Part shown: piece after piece, positions 59,319 through 64,000 of the stretch
Layout of the letters: each line of letters opens with the position of its first letter
Numbering within the stretch: the stretch's first letter is position 1
Assembly: GCA_002104905.1 (NCBI GenBank)
Contig: MCFE01000021.1
Location: forward strand, 172,027 to 236,026
DNA length: 64,000 nt
Direction of reading: 5' to 3'
Origin: Basidiobolus meristosporus CBS 931.73
Lineage: Eukaryota > Fungi > Basidiobolomycota
Made by a program: the position numbers and the translations under genes
Notes under the pieces: model-generated
The model's input: the letters and a program-made list of their open reading frames with translations, nothing else
Database searches by the model: none
Told to the model about the DNA's origin: nothing

Positions 59319-62150
59319 AGACAGTCACCAACAGGTGAAATCTTTATTTCAGTTGAAACAAAGAAGCCAGCGCTACTGTTGTAGCTTTGATACAAGAGTG
59401 TGTAGCTGAGGGGAATTTGTAGGTAAGTTAATAAGAAGTGATGATAGTTCTTCAGTGCTCAACACACTGTTCAGTGGGAAGGGGGGTAGCAAGAGAGGTA
59501 AGAATGACTTGTGAACAACATTAATGAGGGGAATGTGATAAGGATTGATATTCATCATAAAGGGAGTGTGCTGCTGCAGATATTGCTGCCAAAGGTCTGT
59601 CAAGTACTTCAGGTAGGCCAGCTTGGGTTTTTCTGACTGCAGAATAAATTCAGCAAACTTCTTGACTTCAGGATCTCCAAGTATGGTTCTCCAGCAGGAG
59701 TCAGGTGTAGTGTGGTGTGTTCTCTTCCAGGCCTTAATCAGTGGGTTGTTGCAGTTGTGAAGTCTGAGGTATAACCTGGTTCTAAGGTAGAGAAGTCTGA
59801 TCTTATAGGGCATAAACCCAAAAGCACCAAGAATAGCATGTCTGTAGGGGCATTCAGGCAAATGAGGCACCAAGGAGGTAATGCACCATACTGCAAACTT
59901 GTCAAGCTTAGTGCAGTCTCTAGAAGTAAGAGAGAGAAGTGGTAAGCCAAATTCCAGGACAGGGAAGACAAATTGCTTGAGTAGAAGGAGGCAGCTTGGA
60001 GCTGAAGTTGTAGGAGGAGTAACAGCTAGTAGCTTGTGGAGTGCCTGTCTTGCCAGGATAATTCTCTTCTTCAGGTGTGCTCCAGAGTCTAGTCCAGTAG
60101 GAAGGAAAGGAAAGCCAAGATATGTAGCAGAAACCTGAGCAGGTAGAGTGGAGTTCTCCAAGTTAATGGGAGAGCCCAAAGGTACTGTCTTTGCAATGGA
60201 AAGCTGGAGATTATTCTTCTGCAGATACTGGTGGATGGTCTGGGAGTCTTGTTGCACATTGGAGGAGGATATTCTGATGTCATCAGCAAAGAGAGTAACC
60301 AGGCAGTCAGCTGAGAGTCTTGGGAAATCATTCAGGAAGATGGCAAACAGTATAGGACCAAGCACAGAGCCTTGAACCACTCCATTAGGAACTGAGAACA
60401 CAGCTGATTGCTCACTTGGGTGCAGAATTCTTGCTTGTGGATCCAGAAACAGAGACCTGACAAGGAGGGTGAGAGAGGTACTGGAGAAGCATTGCAACTT
60501 GGACCAAAGCAGATTTCTGTCAACTGAATCAAAGGCCTTAGTAATATCAAACAGAACTGAGGGATACTTGCACTGGAGAGAGTGATCTTGGCTAAGTATG
60601 ACTGCATATTCCAAGGAGAGGCCAGGAACAAAGCCAAACAGTGCAGGATGAAACTTGAGGGAGTCAGAGTAGAGCTCCTGAGCAAGCAGAAGCTCAAACA
60701 CCTTTCTGCAGGTGGGCAGCAGAGATATTGGCCTGTAGGAGCTAGGATCCAGGTGCTTTCCTTTACCCTTGTACAGTGGCAGAACATTTGCAAAGGACCA
60801 TTCCTCAGGAGTAGAAAGCTGGGCTGAGCATTGCTGAAACAGTGGAAGCAGAAGTGCAGACATGGCCTTGGTACTAGTCTTCAGAAGCTCATAAGAGATT
60901 GTGTCCACACCTGGAGCAGTAGAGTTGGGAAGCCTCTTGAGCACATTATGGATTCTTCTTTGATCAAGTGCAAGTGGGATGGGCAGAGTCTTGAAGTCAG
61001 GATGAAAGCCAGGAGTTGAGTACTGCTTTGTAGAGAAGAAGATGTTAGCCAGCTGTTCTGTTGAAGGTAGCTTCCTGGAAGAGGGCCTCATTGCCCTGTA
61101 GAGTCTTGATACTGTTCTTGTTATAGAGTTGGAAGATTGCAGAGGCAAAGAACTCATAATATGATCCCAGAGCTGAGTATGCAGAGTGTGGTGAATTGCC
61201 TTGGAGTGGTGTATTGCTGTCAGGAGGAGTTTCTCTGTTTTTGGGTTAGGGAAACTCAGGTAGCTTTGTTGCAGGGCTGAAACAATGGATTCCCATTTTC
61301 TTGAGGTATCAGCAGTAGTCTTGCATGGCAGTGAGAGGGAGGCAGACACCAGAATCCAATGCTTCACAAAGAGCCAGGCAAAGTTGAGATCATCTGGCAG
61401 AGAAAGTAGCAAACTGGCAAGCTTCAAGTAGTTCCCAAAGTCTTTCTTCTGATTCTTGGTAGCTTTGTGGGTGAGCACAGTAAGTTTTGGCAGCTTCTTC
61501 TTCACAACTGGTTGCATAGAAAGGGACCAGGCTGGGTGGTCAGAGGCTTTCAAGGATCCTAACTCAGCTCCAGAGAATTGCTTAACTTCATTCACAAAGT
61601 AGAGGGCAGCAGCAGAAGGGCAGATCCAGTCAACACATCTTTTCTCAGATTGAGCACCTAGTGCTAGCAGGTGGGTTTCTCTAAGGAAGTTCAGTAGGAA
61701 TGTAGACCTTGGCTTCATTCTTGCAGTCTGAGTAGTCTTGTTCTCAGGATGGGGAATGTTTAGATCTCCAAGCAAGATAACAGGTGTTGATATAGATTGT
61801 TGGTATTGCTGAACCTTCTGGCATATAACTTGCACTTCCTGAAGGGCAAGACTTGGAGGCAGATAGCAGAGCACCAGACTGATAGTTGGCAACTGGAGAG
61901 CAGCACAGTAAGGGGAGTAAAGAGGAACACAGAGCTGAGGAGTATTGATGGTAGAAGAGATGAAGCAGATAGAGGAGGTATTCTTTGTTCTAGGAGTAGA
62001 AAAGCAATATAGATTAGTCAAAAGTATAGAAGGTAGCTGAACATCAATCAAACACAGGAGGGAAAATCTTGAAAGAAGTCTCTCTAGAGTTGGTCTTGAT
62101 GGCTGTATGCTGTTGCAGTTAAGCAACAGAACTTCAGGTAGTCAGGCAGA
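59319..62150 (-). mobile_element. Telomeric APE-RT non-LTR retrotransposon, lineage A, 2.83-kb copy
   Basis: Bounded by GGGTTAGGGGG (59308-59318) and (GGGTTA)2-GGGTTTA-GGGTTA-G6 (62151-62181). Single ORF and a 3' UTR of about 54 nt. No poly(A), no TSD. Confidence 0.95.
59373..62141 (-). CDS. APE endonuclease - reverse transcriptase ORF (at least 917 aa, uninterrupted, no upstream ATG)
   Basis: APE motifs LLNCNS, LCLIDV, CYLPP, GDLN, CVDWI, SDH. RT motifs APGVD, SYRPISLL, FGF, FDITKAFD, GVVQGSVLGP, LFADD, YLG. The frame is open from CTA at 62141, after TGA at 62142-62144. Confidence 0.95.
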   Translation of the reverse strand, partial: LPEVLLLNCNSIQPSRPTLERLLSRFSLLCLIDVQLPSILLTNLYCFSTPRTKNTSSICFISSTINTPQLCVPLYSPYCAALQLPTISLVLCYLPPSLALQEVQVICQKVQQYQQSISTPVILLGDLNIPHPENKTTQTARMKPRSTFLLNFLRETHLLALGAQSEKRCVDWICPSAAALYFVNEVKQFSGAELGSLKASDHPAWSLSMQPVVKKKLPKLTVLTHKATKNQKKDFGNYLKLASLLLSLPDDLNFAWLFVKHWILVSASLSLPCKTTADTSRKWESIVSALQQSYLSFPNPKTEKLLLTAIHHSKAIHHTLHTQLWDHIMSSLPLQSSNSITRTVSRLYRAMRPSSRKLPSTEQLANIFFSTKQYSTPGFHPDFKTLPIPLALDQRRIHNVLKRLPNSTAPGVDTISYELLKTSTKAMSALLLPLFQQCSAQLSTPEEWSFANVLPLYKGKGKHLDPSSYRPISLLPTCRKVFELLLAQELYSDSLKFHPALFGFVPGLSLEYAVILSQDHSLQCKYPSVLFDITKAFDSVDRNLLWSKLQCFSSTSLTLLVRSLFLDPQARILHPSEQSAVFSVPNGVVQGSVLGPILFAIFLNDFPRLSADCLVTLFADDIRISSSNVQQDSQTIHQYLQKNNLQLSIAKTVPLGSPINLENSTLPAQVSATYLGFPFLPTGLDSGAHLKKRIILARQALHKLLAVTPPTTSAPSCLLLLKQFVFPVLEFGLPLLSLTSRDCTKLDKFAVWCITSLVPHLPECPYRHAILGAFGFMPYKIRLLYLRTRLYLRLHNCNNPLIKAWKRTHHTTPDSCWRTILGDPEVKKFAEFILQSEKPKLAYLKYLTDLWQQYLQQHTPFMMNINPYHIPLINVVHKSFLPLLLPPFPLNSVLSTEELSSLLINLPTNSPQLHTLVSKLQQ

Positions 62151-62181
62151 GGGTTAGGGTTAGGGTTTAGGGTTAGGGGGG
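62151..62181 (+). repeat. Telomeric repeat junction (GGGTTA)2 GGGTTTA GGGTTA GGGGGG
   Basis: Read directly. G-rich on the + strand, which implies the chromosome end lies to the right. Confidence 0.9.
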
Positions 62182-64000
62182 AGACAGTCACCAACAGGTG
62201 AAATCTTTATTTCAGTTGAAACAAAGAAGCCAGCGCTACTGTTGTAGCTTTGATACAAGAGTGTGTAGCTGAGGGGAATTTGTAGGTAAGTTAATAAGAA
62301 GTGATGATAGTTCTTCAGTGCTCAAGACACTGTTCAGTGGGAAGGGGGGTAGCAAGAGAGGTAAGAATGACTTGTGAACAACATTAATGAGGGGAATGTG
62401 ATAAGGATTGATATTCATCATAAAGGGAGTGTGCTGCTGCAGATATTGCTGCCAAAGGTCTGTCAAGTACTTCAGGTAGGCCAGCTTGGGTTTTTCTGAC
62501 TGCAGAATAAATTGAGCAAACTTCTTGACTTCAGGATCTCCAAGTATAGTTCTCCAGCAGGAGCCAGGCGTTGTGTGGTGTGTTCTCTTCCAGGCCTTAA
62601 TCAGTGGGTTGTTACAGTGGTGAAGTCTGAGATATAATCTGGTTCTTAGGTAGAGAAGTCTGATCTTATAGGGCATAAACCCAAAAGCACCAAGAATAGC
62701 ATGTCTGTAGGGGCATTCAGGCAAATGAGGCACCAAGGAGGTAATGCACCATACTGCAAACTTGTCAAGCTTAGTGCAGTCTCTAGAAGTAAGAGAGAGA
62801 AGTGGTAAGCCAAATTCCAGGACAGGGAAGACAAACTGCTTGAGTAGAAGGAGGCAGCTGGGAGCTGAAGTTGTAGGAGGAGTAACAGCCAGTAGCTTGT
62901 GGAGTGCCTGTCTTGCCAGGATAATTCTCTTCTTCAGGTGTGCTCCAGAGTCTAGTCCAGTAGGAAGGAAAGGAAAGCCAAGATATGTAGCAGAAACCTG
63001 AGCAGGTAGAGTGGAGTTCTCCAAGTTGATAGGAGAGCCCAAAGGTACTGTCTTTGCAATGGAAAGCTGGAGATTATTCTTCTGCAGATACTGCTGGATG
63101 GTCTGGGAGTCTTGTTGCACATTGGAGGAGGATATTCTGATGTCATCAGCAAAGAGAGTAACCAGGCAGTCAGCTGAGAGTCTTGGGAAGTCATTCAGGA
63201 AGATGGCAAACAGTATAGGACCAAGCACAGAGCCTTGAACCACTCCATTAGGAACTGAGAACACAGCTGATTGCTCACTTGGGTGCAGAATTCTTGCTTG
63301 TGGATCCAGAAACAGAGACCTGACAAGGAGGGTGAGAGAGGTACTGGAGAAGCATTGCAACTTGGACCAAAGCAGATTTCTGTCAACTGAATCAAAGGCC
63401 TTAGTAATATCAAACAGAACAGAGGGATACTTGCACTGGAGAGAGTGATCTTGGCTAAGTATGACTGCATATTCCAAGGAGAGGCCAGGAACAAAGCCAA
63501 ACTGTGCAGGATGAAACTTGAGGGAGTCAGAGTAGAGCTCCTGAGCAAGCAGAAGCTCAAACACCTTTCTGCAGGTGGGCAGCAGAGATATTGGCCTGTA
63601 GGAGCTAGGATCCAGGTGCTTTCCTTTACCCTTATACAGTGGCAGAACATTTGCAAAGGACCATTCCTCAGGAGTAGAAAGCTGGGCTGAGCATTGCTGA
63701 AACAGTGGAAGCAGAAGTGCAGACATGGCCTTGGTACTAGTCTTCAGAAGCTCATAGGAGATTGTGTCCACACCTGGAGCAGTAGAGTTGGGAAGCCTCT
63801 TGAGCACATTATGGATTCTCCTTTGATCAAGTGCAAGTGGGATGGGCAGAGTCTTGAAGTCAGGATGAAAGCCAGGAGTTGAGTACTGCTTTGTAGAGAA
63901 GAAGATGTTAGCCAGCTGTTCTGTTGAAGGTAACTTCCTGGAAGAGGGCCTCATTGCCCTGTAGAGTCTTGATACTGTTCTTGTTATAGAGTTGGAAGAT
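62182..64000 (-). mobile_element. Telomeric APE-RT retrotransposon, lineage A, second tandem copy (runs off window); ORF open from 62236 to the window edge
   Basis: Direct repeat of the 59319 copy at an offset of 2863 bp, about 98% identical by eye. Retains QFGF where the proximal copy has LFGF. Confidence 0.95.

Noticed and set aside
61243-61251. GGGTTAGGG inside the intact LINE
   Set aside because: It lies in frame within the ORF (encodes FPNP) and has no element end next to it, so it is not a junction, although it could act as a healing seed.
59373-64000. Penelope-like (Athena/Coprina) or telomerase identity for the telomeric RT
   Set aside because: The N-terminal APE motifs (GDLN, SDH) and LINE-type RT motifs (YRPISLL, KAFD, QGSVLGP, FADD) indicate a non-LTR APE element. 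No GIY-YIG or TERT motifs were seen.

Overview
Eukaryotic, intron-containing fungal DNA. The gene set, introns and PEP4 sequence style suggest an early-diverging, non-Dikarya lineage, but this is inference. Most short ORFs in the supplied track are spurious or are exon/TE fragments. The window has three sharply different zones. (1) 1-27.5 kb is a CpG-depleted stack of nested, decayed transposons. It holds several Ty1/copia copies and a complete Ty3/gypsy element with 1.2-kb LTRs inserted into a copia RT. A 733-bp foldback element and a solo LTR sit inside the gypsy. There is also a 3.4-kb PIF/Harbinger-superfamily (Pangu-like, AAT TSD) DNA transposon that shares its termini with the foldback, a CACTA transposase relic and further LTRs. 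(2) 27.5-56.2 kb is a CpG-normal gene block: a membrane hybrid histidine kinase, a CBM9-like protein, vacuolar proteinase A (PEP4), an acidic LRR protein, an FSH1 serine hydrolase, a cytochrome b5, a Fus1-like TM-SH3 protein and a PMC1-type Ca2+-ATPase. (3) 56.2-64 kb is the most notable part: a polarised head-to-tail array of APE-endonuclease/RT non-LTR retroelements, all on the minus strand. Their 3' ends lack poly(A), carry a conserved AATAAA plus TCACC/GGTGA hairpin, and are joined to short TTAGGG-type telomeric repeats or G-runs. Copies run from old, diverged, truncated fragments (left) to intact, CpG-free ORFs (right). The array also contains a tRNA-headed SINE-like passenger with the same 3' tail. 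This looks like a telomere-targeted LINE/SINE system at a chromosome end predicted to lie to the right of the window.
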